From a virus (lineage: Duplodnaviria; Caudoviricetes), in IMG/VR virus record IMGVR_UViG_3300032313_001579, positions 1 through 53,983 of that record: 53,983 nt of DNA. The stretch is one strand, 5' to 3'. The notes below the pieces were generated by a model. That model made no database searches and was not told the origin of the DNA. It was given only the letters and a program-made list of their open reading frames with translations. Positions 9,746 through 19,449 of the stretch are shown here, piece after piece. How positions within the stretch are numbered: the first letter of the stretch is position 1; each line of letters opens with the position of its first letter. The translations under genes and the position numbers were made by a program.

Positions 9746-10752
9746 TGGCCGTCTCAATAGCACAATACGTTGATTTACTATTTAAAAAACTGCAGGGCGT
9801 TGCCAAAACGGCCAATAGCACAGTTAAAAGCGCCAGCAACGAAAGCATTGCCAGTCCAGCGTTCCTACGTGGCGACATCATCTGGATGCAAAGCGACCAG
9901 ATTCCGTCAACGGCGCAGGCCGTGGCCAACATTGCAAATGCAAGAATAAACGGCAATTCTGTCGAGTGTGTGGCAGATACCACAGTGCCGCCCGTTGGTG
10001 GCATATATCCAACCTGGCTGAGTAATGTTGAATATTGGATTCCTCAAGAATTAGGAGCCACCTGGTTGCCTAAGATATTTGTAGGACCGTCTGCGGCCGC
10101 CAATATCCAGGCTACCGGAACTCAAATATTTTCCGCAGGTATTGGCGGAGTAGGCGAATACTATTTTGACACCCAAGCCGGTGTACTTAACTTTATTGGT
10201 GAAACTATTCCAACAGTGCTTACTGCTGGCAACGTAGTTTATGTTTCTGGTTATGAATATGTAGGTGATTTGGGTGTGCAGAACATACCAGACAATGCCA
10301 ATATTGGAAATTTACAGATCAGCAATACCACTATCACTACCACATTAGCCAACGGCAACATTACTCTTACAGCCACAGGCTCGCAATTTGTGCAGGTCTC
10401 AGGTACTGGATCTCTTATCATACCGTCTGGCAACACAGCTCAACGTCCCGGTACTGGAGTCACCGGCATGATTCGCATCAACACTCAGCTGAATCAAATT
10501 GAAGGATATGATGGTTCCAATTGGGTCGCCGGCAGCGGTACAGCCATTACCAACCAAACCCTTAACGGCGATGGATCAACAGTGACATTTGTTCTGGATA
10601 GTAGCACCACCACAGCTGCCGCGCTGGTCATGCTCAACGGTGTCACACAAGTGCCCACACAGGCCTACAACATGAGCCCAAGTCCCAGCGCTAATCTGGT
10701 TTTTACAGAAGCTCCGGCGTCGGGTGACGTTATAGACATAAGATTCTTATAA
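9745..10752 (+). CDS. Virion structural protein
   Basis: TAATG-coupled; YYFDTQAGVLNF, PSGNTAQRP..GMIRINT and FTEAPASGDVIDIR modules. Confidence 0.7.
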   Translation: MAVSIAQYVDLLFKKLQGVAKTANSTVKSASNESIASPAFLRGDIIWMQSDQIPSTAQAVANIANARINGNSVECVADTTVPPVGGIYPTWLSNVEYWIPQELGATWLPKIFVGPSAAANIQATGTQIFSAGIGGVGEYYFDTQAGVLNFIGETIPTVLTAGNVVYVSGYEYVGDLGVQNIPDNANIGNLQISNTTITTTLANGNITLTATGSQFVQVSGTGSLIIPSGNTAQRPGTGVTGMIRINTQLNQIEGYDGSNWVAGSGTAITNQTLNGDGSTVTFVLDSSTTTAAALVMLNGVTQVPTQAYNMSPSPSANLVFTEAPASGDVIDIRFL

Positions 10753-10834
10753 AAACCGGCAGCAAGCCAGGCTTTATCCAAGAAATAAAATCAAAAAAAA
10801 AACAACTGCAGATTGCCAAACTTTTGAACTCTGG

Positions 10835-10840
10835 TAAATA
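10835..10840 (+). promoter_or_regulatory. Late promoter TAAATA
   Basis: Intergenic box upstream of the 2006-aa fibre gene. Confidence 0.7.
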
Positions 10841-10893
10841 AGTCATAGCCCGCAAAATGTCACGGCTAACGAGATCGATAACCGGAGAATAGT

Positions 10894-13800
10894 ATGGCTG
10901 TTACCAGGATTAAGAATAATCAAGTTACTGATAGTTCATCAGGCAACACACAAGTTGGTATCAATGCAGGTACCAAACTGCAGGATTTTTCCATCACAGC
11001 TGGCAAGATAGCCAACAACCTGACCTATGGATCAGACCTTACAGTCACCGGTAACCTCACAGTGCAGGGCAACAGCACTGCTATTGACACTACCATAACC
11101 ACAATTGAAGATCCAATTATTGTATTGGCCTCCACGCAGACTTCGGGTGCTCCGGCTGTGGACATTGGTTTCCTGGGTTTCCGCGGCAACGAAAGCAACA
11201 TAGCATTTGTCTGGGACGAAAGCGCCGACTCATTTGTGACAGCTTTTACCAGCACTGGTGAAAGCAACACCACGATCACCATAACCAGCTATGCCAATCT
11301 ACAGATTGGCAATCTCAGCTTGACTGGCAACATACTCAACAGCACTCTCAATGTTACTGGTAATATCACCGGTGGAAATCTTCTGACGCCTGGCTTGATT
11401 TCAGCCACCGGCGCTATAACTTCAGCGGCCAACATCACAGGTGGCAACATACTCACAGGTGGGTTGATCAGTGCTACTTCAACAATAACATCAGCGGCCA
11501 ACATTACTGGTGGTAATATCCTAACAGCTGGATTGATTTCAGCTACATCGACTATTACTTCAGCGGCCAACATCACTGGTGGTAACTTGCTGACAGCGGG
11601 CCTGATTTCAGCCACTTCAACAATAACTTCAGCAGCCAACATCACTGGTGGCAACTTGCTTACAGGTGGATTAATTTCAGCCACATCAACTATAACCAGT
11701 GCAGCCAACATCACTGGTGGTAACGTGTTGACTGGTGGTGTTGTTTCAGCCACTGCCAACATCACCGGCGGCAACTTGCTCACAGGTGGCCTAATCTCAG
11801 CTACCAGTACCATAACATCGGCTGCCAACATCGCAGGTGGCAACTTGCTGACAGGTGGCCTGATCTCAGCCACGTCAACTATCACTACCACAGCCAATAT
11901 CACCGGCGGCAACATCTTGTTTGGATCGGGTCAGGTATCTGGTACAGGTAACGTTTATGCTACTAATTTTATTGGTAACATTTCTGGCAACATTGATGCC
12001 GCAGGTGCCAACACACAGATCCAGTTCAACGACGACAACCTGTTGGGAGCCAGTGCCGCATTTACATTTAACAAAGCATCCAACGCTTTGGTCAACTCGG
12101 GCAACATTACCGGCGGCAACTTGCTGACGGCGGGCCTAATCTCAGCTACCAGTACCATAACATCGGCTGCCAACATCGCAGGTGGCAACATTACCACAGG
12201 CGGCCTAATCACTGCCACAGGCAACATTACCGGTGGCAATGTACTCACAGGTGGATTAATTTCGGCCACAAGCACTATTACCAGCGCAGCCAATGTCACC
12301 GGTGGCAACTTGCTCACCGGCGGAGCAGTTACAGCAACTGGCAACATCACCGGCGGTAATATTCTCACAGCAGGATTGGTCAGTGCTACTGGCACCATCA
12401 CATCAGCAGCCAACATCGCAGGTGGTAATTTGTTGACAGGTGGGTTGATCTCGGCCACTAGTACAATCACTAGTGCAGCCAACATCACAGGCGGTAATAT
12501 TCTCACAGCGGGCTTGATCAGTGCTACCAGTACCATTACTAGTGCTGCCAATGTGACGGGTGGCAACATTACCACTGCAGGTGTAGTTACAGCAACTGGC
12601 AACATCACCGGTGGTAATTTGCTTACACCTGGTCTTATTTCAGCCGCGGGTCTGGCCACCAGCGGCAACGTTCAAACTGCAGGGTTTGTCAGTGCCGCAG
12701 GCAATGTAATAGCACTTGCAGTCAACACAGCAACCTTGGCCAGTTCGGCTGGTATCACCATTACCACAATCGGGGCCAACGGCAACATCAATTTGACACC
12801 CAACGGCACTGGCAACATTGTGCTGGGTGGCAATACCTATGTCAATGGGGTCAACTTGACCCCGGTCCAAGACAATGACGTGGCCTCCAAATACTATGTT
12901 GACACTATTGCAACCACAGGTATAACCATACACGAGGCAGTTTTTGCAGCCACTAATACTACTTTGGCCACTGCCACCGGCGGTACAGTTACCTACAATC
13001 AGCCCAACGGCGCAGCCAATGGTGTTGGAGCAACACTGACCACAACCGGATCTTTCAATCTTATTGACACAGCCAACGTTCAAACTGTGGGCACACGTAT
13101 CTTGGTCAAAGATCAGGCCAATGCTGTGCAAAATGGTGTGTATGTGTATTCCAATACCACAGTGATTACACGAAGTACTGACACCGACCAATACGGTGCT
13201 GACAGCGCAGAATCCTTTAGTATCAACGATTACTTCTTTACCACGGGTGGTAACGTCAACGCAGGCACAGCGTTTGTTGTCAGCGCACCAGCAGGCGTGA
13301 TCACATTTGGCACCAGCAACATTAGTTTTGGTATCTTTAGTCAGAGCCAAGTTTATACAGCCAATACCGCAGCCGGTCTTGTTTTAAATGGTACAGTATT
13401 TTCTGCCAAAGTTGACAACAACACCACAGCCTTTGACAACGACGGCAACATCATTGTCAAGGCCGGCGCCAATTTAACCACGCCCAATATTGGTGCTGCT
13501 ACAGGTACAAGTTTGAGCGCCACTGGCAACATACAAGGCGGCAACATACTCACAGGTGGATTTGTAACTGCCACGGGCAATGTCACAGGTGGCAATGTCA
13601 CCACAGCCGGTTTGATCACAGTCACAGGCAACGTCACAGGCGGTAATATCTTGACTGCTGGATTGATTAGCGCCACATCAACAATAACTTCAGCAGCAAA
13701 TATAACCGGTGGTAACTTGCTTACAGGTGGATTGATTAGCGCCACATCAACAATAACCAGTGCGGCCAATATTTCGGGTGGCAATGTACTCACAGGTGGA

Positions 13801-16800
13801 CTAGTTAGTGCCACTGCCAATGTCACCGGTGGTAACTTGCTTACAGGTGGATTAATTTCAGCCACATCGACTATTACCAGTGCTGCCAACATTTCGGGTG
13901 GAAATATCCGCACAGCTGGATTAATCAGTGCCACTGGTAATGTGACTGGTGGCAACGTCACCACAGCCGGTTTGATCACAGCCACAGGCAACATCACTGG
14001 TGGCAATATCCTAACAGCTGGATTGATTTCGGCTACCGGTACCATAACATCGGCTGCCAACATCACAGGTGGCAACTTGTTGACAGGTGGTGTTGTTTCA
14101 GCCACTGCCAACATCACCGGCGGTAATATATTGTCTGGTGGTCTGGGATCATTTACAGGTAACGTAACAGCCGCAAACTTCATTGGTAACATCAGCGGTA
14201 ACATTGATGCTGGCGGTGCCAATACCAATATTCAATTCAACGACAGTGATATTTTAAATGGCAGCGCAGGATTTACCTTTAACAAGGTTGGCAACGTGGT
14301 CACAGCCAACGGCAATATCACCGGCGCCAACCTGTTCACAGGTGGTACGGTCAGTGCTACGGCCAACATCACAGGCGGTAATGTTCTCACAGCTGGCCTG
14401 ATCAGTGCTACAGGCAATGCCACATTGGGCAACGTTGGCACCAATCAGTTGAGTTTAAGTGGTAACGTAATAAGTGCATTGAACGTAACTGGTAACATCA
14501 CTGGTGGTAACTTGTTAACAGCCGGCCTAATCAGTACCTCTGGTAATGTATATGCTGAAAATATTCTCAATACCGCGGGTAACACACAAATCTCAATGGG
14601 TAACGGAAGTGGAATCATTGGAATAACCTCCACTGCTAACACAACACAGTTTTTACCAGGTGGCCAGATATCGTTAGGTGGTGCTGCACGAGTTCAGGGC
14701 GGCACATTTGCTGGGTCGTATCTTACATTAGGTGCAAGTCAAACAGATTTAGCCCAAGATCGTGGTGGCAATGTTACTGTGCAACTTGGAACAGGCGGCA
14801 CAATTGCCAACACCTGGACATTTGCACAGAGCGGAGCATTCCTTGCTCCGGGTGCGATCAGTGCCACAGGCAACATCACAGGCGCCAACCTAATTTTAAC
14901 CACAGGCTTAATTGATGGTCCAGCCGCAGGCAGGATCACCATCAATGGCAGTGACATTGACACTGACTTTGCTGTAGATGGCGATACCTTGGCCAACGTG
15001 TTCTATGTGGATGCCGGCACAGGCACAGCCAGTTTTGGCGCCAGCACACAGATTACCAATGCCATAGTAAACTTTGCCACAACCACCTCGATCAAGACAC
15101 CAGTTGGTAATACTGCACAACGTCCTGGCACAGGCGTTACAGGTATGTTGCGTTTCAACACTACCAGCAATGCCTTAGAAGTCTACGACAACAGTGCGTG
15201 GGCATCGGTTGGTACTCCAGTGTTTACCGTGATTGCTGATGAACAGTTTGCCGGTGATGGAGCAACAGTGGCCTTTACCCTAGGCAGCACACAGACCACC
15301 AATAGCTGTATTGTGTCTATCAACGGTGTGGTGCAGATTCCAACCCTGGCCTATGCAGTGGCCGGAACTGATCCAACCTGCGTGCTTACATTTACAGAAG
15401 CTCCGGCATCGGGTGACGTGATTGATGTGCGTGAAATTACCACCACAACCACAGTGACCAGTATTACCAACAGTTCAGGCAATGCGGTAGTATCAGTAAG
15501 TGATACAGCCGCGCAGGTCAATGTCACAGGTGACCTCAGTGTCAGCGGAACTATTCTAGGTGGCAACATCAACAGCACTGCTATCACCAGTGGCACGTCA
15601 AACATGTCAATTGTGTCCAGTGGCGGCAACATCCGCGGCAACGTGGCCGGCACCACAGTCATGACCATCAGCCCAGGCCTGGTAGACATTGTGGGCAACT
15701 TGACAGTGTCAGGCAATGCCACACTCAGTGGTAACATCTTGGGTGATCGTATCCAAAATGGCAATACCAGTTTTGATATCCAAACACCTAACGGTAATGC
15801 CAATATCAACATAGGTGGTACAGGTAACTTGGCGGTGTTTGCTCCGGGCAACTTGTTAATGACAGGTAATATTACACCAACTGCCAACATCACATATGAT
15901 TTGGGTACAAACACAAATCGCTGGAAAGATATATGGTTGGCCAACAGCACAATTTATTTGGGTAACAGTCAAATCAGTGCCAATGCCACAGCATTGATAT
16001 TCACAAACCCAGCAGGTGGACAAACTGTGTTAGCAGGCGCTACAGCTGGTATAACCGGCGCCACAGTAAGTGCCAGCGGCAACATCACTGGTGGCAACAT
16101 CTTGACAGCTGGATTGATCAGTGCCACCGGGGCCATCACAGGTGCTGCCTTAACTGGCACAAGCCTAACTGTGTCAACCGGCAACATCACCGGTGGCAAC
16201 TTGTTGTTGTCAGGTGCCATCATTGACTCAGCTCAGTTGGACATACAGACCTCAGCCGGCAGTGCCAACATTGCTCTAGCTCCAAATGGCACAGGTATGG
16301 TCACTGTCAGCACGCAGGTCAGTGCTGTGGGCAACGTCACAGGTGGAAATATTCGTACAGCTGGATTGATTAGTGCCACCGGTGCTATCACAGGTGCTGC
16401 CTTGACGGGTACCAGTTTAACTGTATCAACTGGTAACGTATCATGCGGTAATATTGTCAACACCAATGCCAATGGGGTAGGCAACATTGGTTCAACTGGC
16501 ACCAGATTCAACCAGGTGTTTGCTCTGGCCAGTTCGGCACAATACGCTGACTTGGCAGAAAAATATACTGCAGATGCAGAATATGCTCCGGGTACTGTAG
16601 TGGTATTTGGCGGCACAGCAGAAGTTACTGTCAATACTATAGACAGCGATCGCCGTGTAGCTGGTGTTGTTAGTACAAATCCAGCCTACATCATGAATGA
16701 CGCATTAGAAAGTGCTCACGTTGTCACAGTGGCACTCACAGGTCGTGTGCCCACAAGTGTAACTGGCACAGTACGCAAAGGTGACTTGATGGTATCAGCT

Positions 16801-16914
16801 GGCAATGGTAAGGCTCGTGCCGAAGCCAATCCAGCAGTAGGCACAGTGATTGGCAAAGCCTTAGAAGACAGCGAAGGCGATGCAGTGATAGAAGTAGTGG
16901 TTGGCCGCGTGTAA
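10894..16914 (+). CDS. Long tail-fibre-like protein with 17/23-aa repeats and C-terminal intramolecular-chaperone (peptidase G2-like) domain
   Basis: 2006 aa; repeated NITGGNLLTGGLISATSTITSAA units; C-terminal SAQYADLAE...GVVSTNPAYIMN...VALTGRVP...IGKALE. Confidence 0.8.
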   Translation: MAVTRIKNNQVTDSSSGNTQVGINAGTKLQDFSITAGKIANNLTYGSDLTVTGNLTVQGNSTAIDTTITTIEDPIIVLASTQTSGAPAVDIGFLGFRGNESNIAFVWDESADSFVTAFTSTGESNTTITITSYANLQIGNLSLTGNILNSTLNVTGNITGGNLLTPGLISATGAITSAANITGGNILTGGLISATSTITSAANITGGNILTAGLISATSTITSAANITGGNLLTAGLISATSTITSAANITGGNLLTGGLISATSTITSAANITGGNVLTGGVVSATANITGGNLLTGGLISATSTITSAANIAGGNLLTGGLISATSTITTTANITGGNILFGSGQVSGTGNVYATNFIGNISGNIDAAGANTQIQFNDDNLLGASAAFTFNKASNALVNSGNITGGNLLTAGLISATSTITSAANIAGGNITTGGLITATGNITGGNVLTGGLISATSTITSAANVTGGNLLTGGAVTATGNITGGNILTAGLVSATGTITSAANIAGGNLLTGGLISATSTITSAANITGGNILTAGLISATSTITSAANVTGGNITTAGVVTATGNITGGNLLTPGLISAAGLATSGNVQTAGFVSAAGNVIALAVNTATLASSAGITITTIGANGNINLTPNGTGNIVLGGNTYVNGVNLTPVQDNDVASKYYVDTIATTGITIHEAVFAATNTTLATATGGTVTYNQPNGAANGVGATLTTTGSFNLIDTANVQTVGTRILVKDQANAVQNGVYVYSNTTVITRSTDTDQYGADSAESFSINDYFFTTGGNVNAGTAFVVSAPAGVITFGTSNISFGIFSQSQVYTANTAAGLVLNGTVFSAKVDNNTTAFDNDGNIIVKAGANLTTPNIGAATGTSLSATGNIQGGNILTGGFVTATGNVTGGNVTTAGLITVTGNVTGGNILTAGLISATSTITSAANITGGNLLTGGLISATSTITSAANISGGNVLTGGLVSATANVTGGNLLTGGLISATSTITSAANISGGNIRTAGLISATGNVTGGNVTTAGLITATGNITGGNILTAGLISATGTITSAANITGGNLLTGGVVSATANITGGNILSGGLGSFTGNVTAANFIGNISGNIDAGGANTNIQFNDSDILNGSAGFTFNKVGNVVTANGNITGANLFTGGTVSATANITGGNVLTAGLISATGNATLGNVGTNQLSLSGNVISALNVTGNITGGNLLTAGLISTSGNVYAENILNTAGNTQISMGNGSGIIGITSTANTTQFLPGGQISLGGAARVQGGTFAGSYLTLGASQTDLAQDRGGNVTVQLGTGGTIANTWTFAQSGAFLAPGAISATGNITGANLILTTGLIDGPAAGRITINGSDIDTDFAVDGDTLANVFYVDAGTGTASFGASTQITNAIVNFATTTSIKTPVGNTAQRPGTGVTGMLRFNTTSNALEVYDNSAWASVGTPVFTVIADEQFAGDGATVAFTLGSTQTTNSCIVSINGVVQIPTLAYAVAGTDPTCVLTFTEAPASGDVIDVREITTTTTVTSITNSSGNAVVSVSDTAAQVNVTGDLSVSGTILGGNINSTAITSGTSNMSIVSSGGNIRGNVAGTTVMTISPGLVDIVGNLTVSGNATLSGNILGDRIQNGNTSFDIQTPNGNANINIGGTGNLAVFAPGNLLMTGNITPTANITYDLGTNTNRWKDIWLANSTIYLGNSQISANATALIFTNPAGGQTVLAGATAGITGATVSASGNITGGNILTAGLISATGAITGAALTGTSLTVSTGNITGGNLLLSGAIIDSAQLDIQTSAGSANIALAPNGTGMVTVSTQVSAVGNVTGGNIRTAGLISATGAITGAALTGTSLTVSTGNVSCGNIVNTNANGVGNIGSTGTRFNQVFALASSAQYADLAEKYTADAEYAPGTVVVFGGTAEVTVNTIDSDRRVAGVVSTNPAYIMNDALESAHVVTVALTGRVPTSVTGTVRKGDLMVSAGNGKARAEANPAVGTVIGKALEDSEGDAVIEVVVGRV
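11350..14530 (+). repeat. Coding tandem repeats (69-bp and 51-bp units) in the fibre gene
   Basis: Two arrays (about 11350-12650 and 13520-14530) of degenerate units; exact 57-bp duplicate at 11788-11844 and 12133-12189. Confidence 0.9.
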
Positions 16915-16932
16915 AGGTGCAAACTGTAAAAC

Positions 16933-16959
16933 ACAGGGTCTGCGGGTCCTGTTTTTTTT
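16933..16959 (+). terminator. Intrinsic terminator
   Basis: ACAGGGTC-TGCG-GGTCCTGT stem (two G-U pairs) followed by T7. Confidence 0.8.
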
Positions 16960-16962
16960 GGC

Positions 16963-16968
16963 TAAATA
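16963..16968 (+). promoter_or_regulatory. Late promoter TAAATA
   Basis: Directly after the terminator and upstream of the ATG at 16990. Confidence 0.75.
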
Positions 16969-16989
16969 TTAGATATTACGGGAACCACA

Positions 16990-19449
16990 ATGGGCTTGAC
17001 CAAACCGCGTGCCGCGCAGATATTCAACTTAGATTACAAGCAATCTACGCGGGTAGTTACCACCACCAACATTACCTTGACGGGCGGCGCCCCCAACAGT
17101 GTAGATGGTGTCAATCTCAGTCTGAATGATAGAATCTTGGTCACGGGACAGACTACTGGCAGTCAAAACGGACTTTACCTTGTGACCACACTGGGTTCGG
17201 GCGCCAATGGTACCTGGGCCAGAACCAGCGATGGCAACGAAAACGGTGAAATTGAAGCCGGCATGATTGTGATGGTCACCGAAGGTACCATCTATGCCGA
17301 CACCCAATGGAAACTGATCACCGATGATCCTATTACGATCGGGACCACGGCCCTGACGTTTACACAAAACTACATGGCCAACTCAATATCGGGTGGTACT
17401 TCAAACGTAGTAGTTAACAGCAATGCCAATGTTACAATAAGTAGTGCTGGCACGGCCAACGTGCTGACTGTGAGCAGTGCAGGAACAGTAACCTCTGGAA
17501 CAGCAAGTGTTACAGGAAACGTTACAGGTGGTAACATCCTAACAGGTGGATTGATCAGTGCCACTGGCAACATCACCGGTGGCAACATACGCACAGCTGG
17601 GGTAGTAAGTGCCACAGGAGATATGTTTGGAAAAGAACTATGGTCAACCCAATCATCTGGCGACGAAGGCGGCCAAGTTAATCTTGGTATACCTGCTGCC
17701 AACACTGCCTTAACTGGCCAAGTTACCATTGATGTTTTTCAAAATCAATTGAGATTTTTCCAGGGCAACAGCTCTAGAGGTGCATACATTGACTTGTCAG
17801 CAGCGGCAGTTGGAGTAGGTTCAAACTTGTTGGCTGGCGGCGGTGGAGGTGGCACTCCAGGAGGATCAAACACTCAAGTTCAGTTCAACGATGGTGGTGC
17901 ATTTGGTGGCAATGCACAATTTACGTATAATAAAGCAACAAATATTCTTACTGCTGGCATTATATCTTCCTCTAACAACGGCAACGGAACAAACTTCCAA
18001 GTTGGCGACGACGCTTATATAGGTGATATCAACACTGCTGACACCATTGGCATCAGAGGTCAACAAAATGCTGCCAACGGGTTCATTGTGTTTGGTAATG
18101 CAGATTCTACAGGCAAACTTGGCCGCGCCGGCACTGGGCCGCTGACCTATGTTGGTGCGTTTAGCGCCACAGGTAACATAGATGGTGGCAATCTACGCAC
18201 CGCTGGGTTGATAAGTGCCACTGGTGCAATTACTGGTGCTGCCTTGACAGGTACCAGCTTGACGGTAAGCACAGGTAACATCACTGGCGGCAACTTGTTG
18301 TTGTCGGGTGCTATCCTTGATTCAGCTCAGTTGGACATACAGACCAGTGCTGCCAATGCCAACATTGTGTTGACACCAAACGGCACCGGCAACGTTAATA
18401 CTGGTGCCAATCTAAGTGTTACAGGTAATGTACAAGCTGGTAATCTTAAAACAGCCGGACTTATCAGTGCCACCTCAACTATTACAAGTGCGGCCAATAT
18501 TACAGGTGGTAACATCTTGACAGCTGGATTAATCAGTGCTACAAGTACTATCACAAGTGCGGCCAATATTACAGGTGGTAACATCTTGACAGCTGGCATA
18601 ATGAGTTCAACTGGCAATGGCATACATGGTAATATCTTAACAGCTGGCTTAATCTCGGCCACAAGTACCATAACCTCAGCTGCCAATGTGATTGGTGGTA
18701 ACATCAGCACAGCTGGATTGATCACAGCCACTGGCAACATACAGGGTGGCAACTTAAGAACAGCTGGATTGATCACGGCCACTGGTGCTATAACCGGTGC
18801 GGCCATTACGGGCTCTAGCCTGACTGTGACCACAGGCAACATCACAGCCGGTAATTTAATAATTAGCGGTGCCATTCAAGATTCTGCACAGTTAGACATC
18901 CAAACCACCGCAGCCAACGCCAACATTGTGCTCACACCCAACGGCACTGGAGTGATTGTTGCAGCTAAAGATATACGTAACGGACAGGCCACTGGTGTGG
19001 GCAATATTGGAGCCGCTGGCGCTACGTTCAACACTGTATTTGCCAAGGCCACCTCAGCACAATACGCTGACTTGGCAGAAAATTATCTAGCTGATTCTAA
19101 TTACGAGCCAGGGACCGTGGTTGAATTTGGCGGCATGAATGAAGTTACTATTTCTACACAAAATCACTCAACACGAGTGGCTGGCATTGTATCAACTAAT
19201 CCCAGTTATTTGATGAACTCTGCGCAGGCCGGCGAACATGTAATAGCAGTGGCACTCACGGGTCGTGTGCCTTGTAGCGTAGTTGGCACTATAGCCAAGG
19301 GTGATAGATTGGTTGCCAGCGATCAACCTGGAGTGGCTCAACCGTTAGATAAAAATTTTTACGAACCTGGTTGTATCATTGGCAAAGCTCTTGAATCCTA
19401 CAATTCAAATCAGATTGGAACAATAGAAGTTGCTGTGGGCAGATTCTGA
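16990..19449 (+). CDS. Second fibre-like protein, paralogous to 10894..16914
   Basis: NDRILVTGQTTGSQNGLY domain, the same repeat units, and the same SAQYADLAE C-terminal domain; exact 44-bp duplicate at 18484-18527 and 18553-18596. Confidence 0.8.
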   Translation: MGLTKPRAAQIFNLDYKQSTRVVTTTNITLTGGAPNSVDGVNLSLNDRILVTGQTTGSQNGLYLVTTLGSGANGTWARTSDGNENGEIEAGMIVMVTEGTIYADTQWKLITDDPITIGTTALTFTQNYMANSISGGTSNVVVNSNANVTISSAGTANVLTVSSAGTVTSGTASVTGNVTGGNILTGGLISATGNITGGNIRTAGVVSATGDMFGKELWSTQSSGDEGGQVNLGIPAANTALTGQVTIDVFQNQLRFFQGNSSRGAYIDLSAAAVGVGSNLLAGGGGGGTPGGSNTQVQFNDGGAFGGNAQFTYNKATNILTAGIISSSNNGNGTNFQVGDDAYIGDINTADTIGIRGQQNAANGFIVFGNADSTGKLGRAGTGPLTYVGAFSATGNIDGGNLRTAGLISATGAITGAALTGTSLTVSTGNITGGNLLLSGAILDSAQLDIQTSAANANIVLTPNGTGNVNTGANLSVTGNVQAGNLKTAGLISATSTITSAANITGGNILTAGLISATSTITSAANITGGNILTAGIMSSTGNGIHGNILTAGLISATSTITSAANVIGGNISTAGLITATGNIQGGNLRTAGLITATGAITGAAITGSSLTVTTGNITAGNLIISGAIQDSAQLDIQTTAANANIVLTPNGTGVIVAAKDIRNGQATGVGNIGAAGATFNTVFAKATSAQYADLAENYLADSNYEPGTVVEFGGMNEVTISTQNHSTRVAGIVSTNPSYLMNSAQAGEHVIAVALTGRVPCSVVGTIAKGDRLVASDQPGVAQPLDKNFYEPGCIIGKALESYNSNQIGTIEVAVGRF

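Noticed and set aside
10793-10802. A10 tract upstream of the long fibre promoter as a phase-variation switch
   Set aside because: It is non-coding and about 30 nt upstream of a single-box promoter, so a length change has no evident effect.
11350-14530. Repeat arrays as a CRISPR array
   Set aside because: Units are in-frame, degenerate at third codon positions and lack unique spacers; no cas genes seen.
11025-18875. Many long minus-strand ORFs (MLPPV... repeats) opposite the fibre genes
   Set aside because: Shadow frames produced by the G/N/T/A codon bias of the sense repeats; no SD, promoter or independent motifs.
16537-19290. Similar 3' regions of the two fibre genes as a DGR template/variable repeat pair
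   Set aside because: Both copies are coding, differences are not adenine-specific, and no reverse transcriptase is present in the window.
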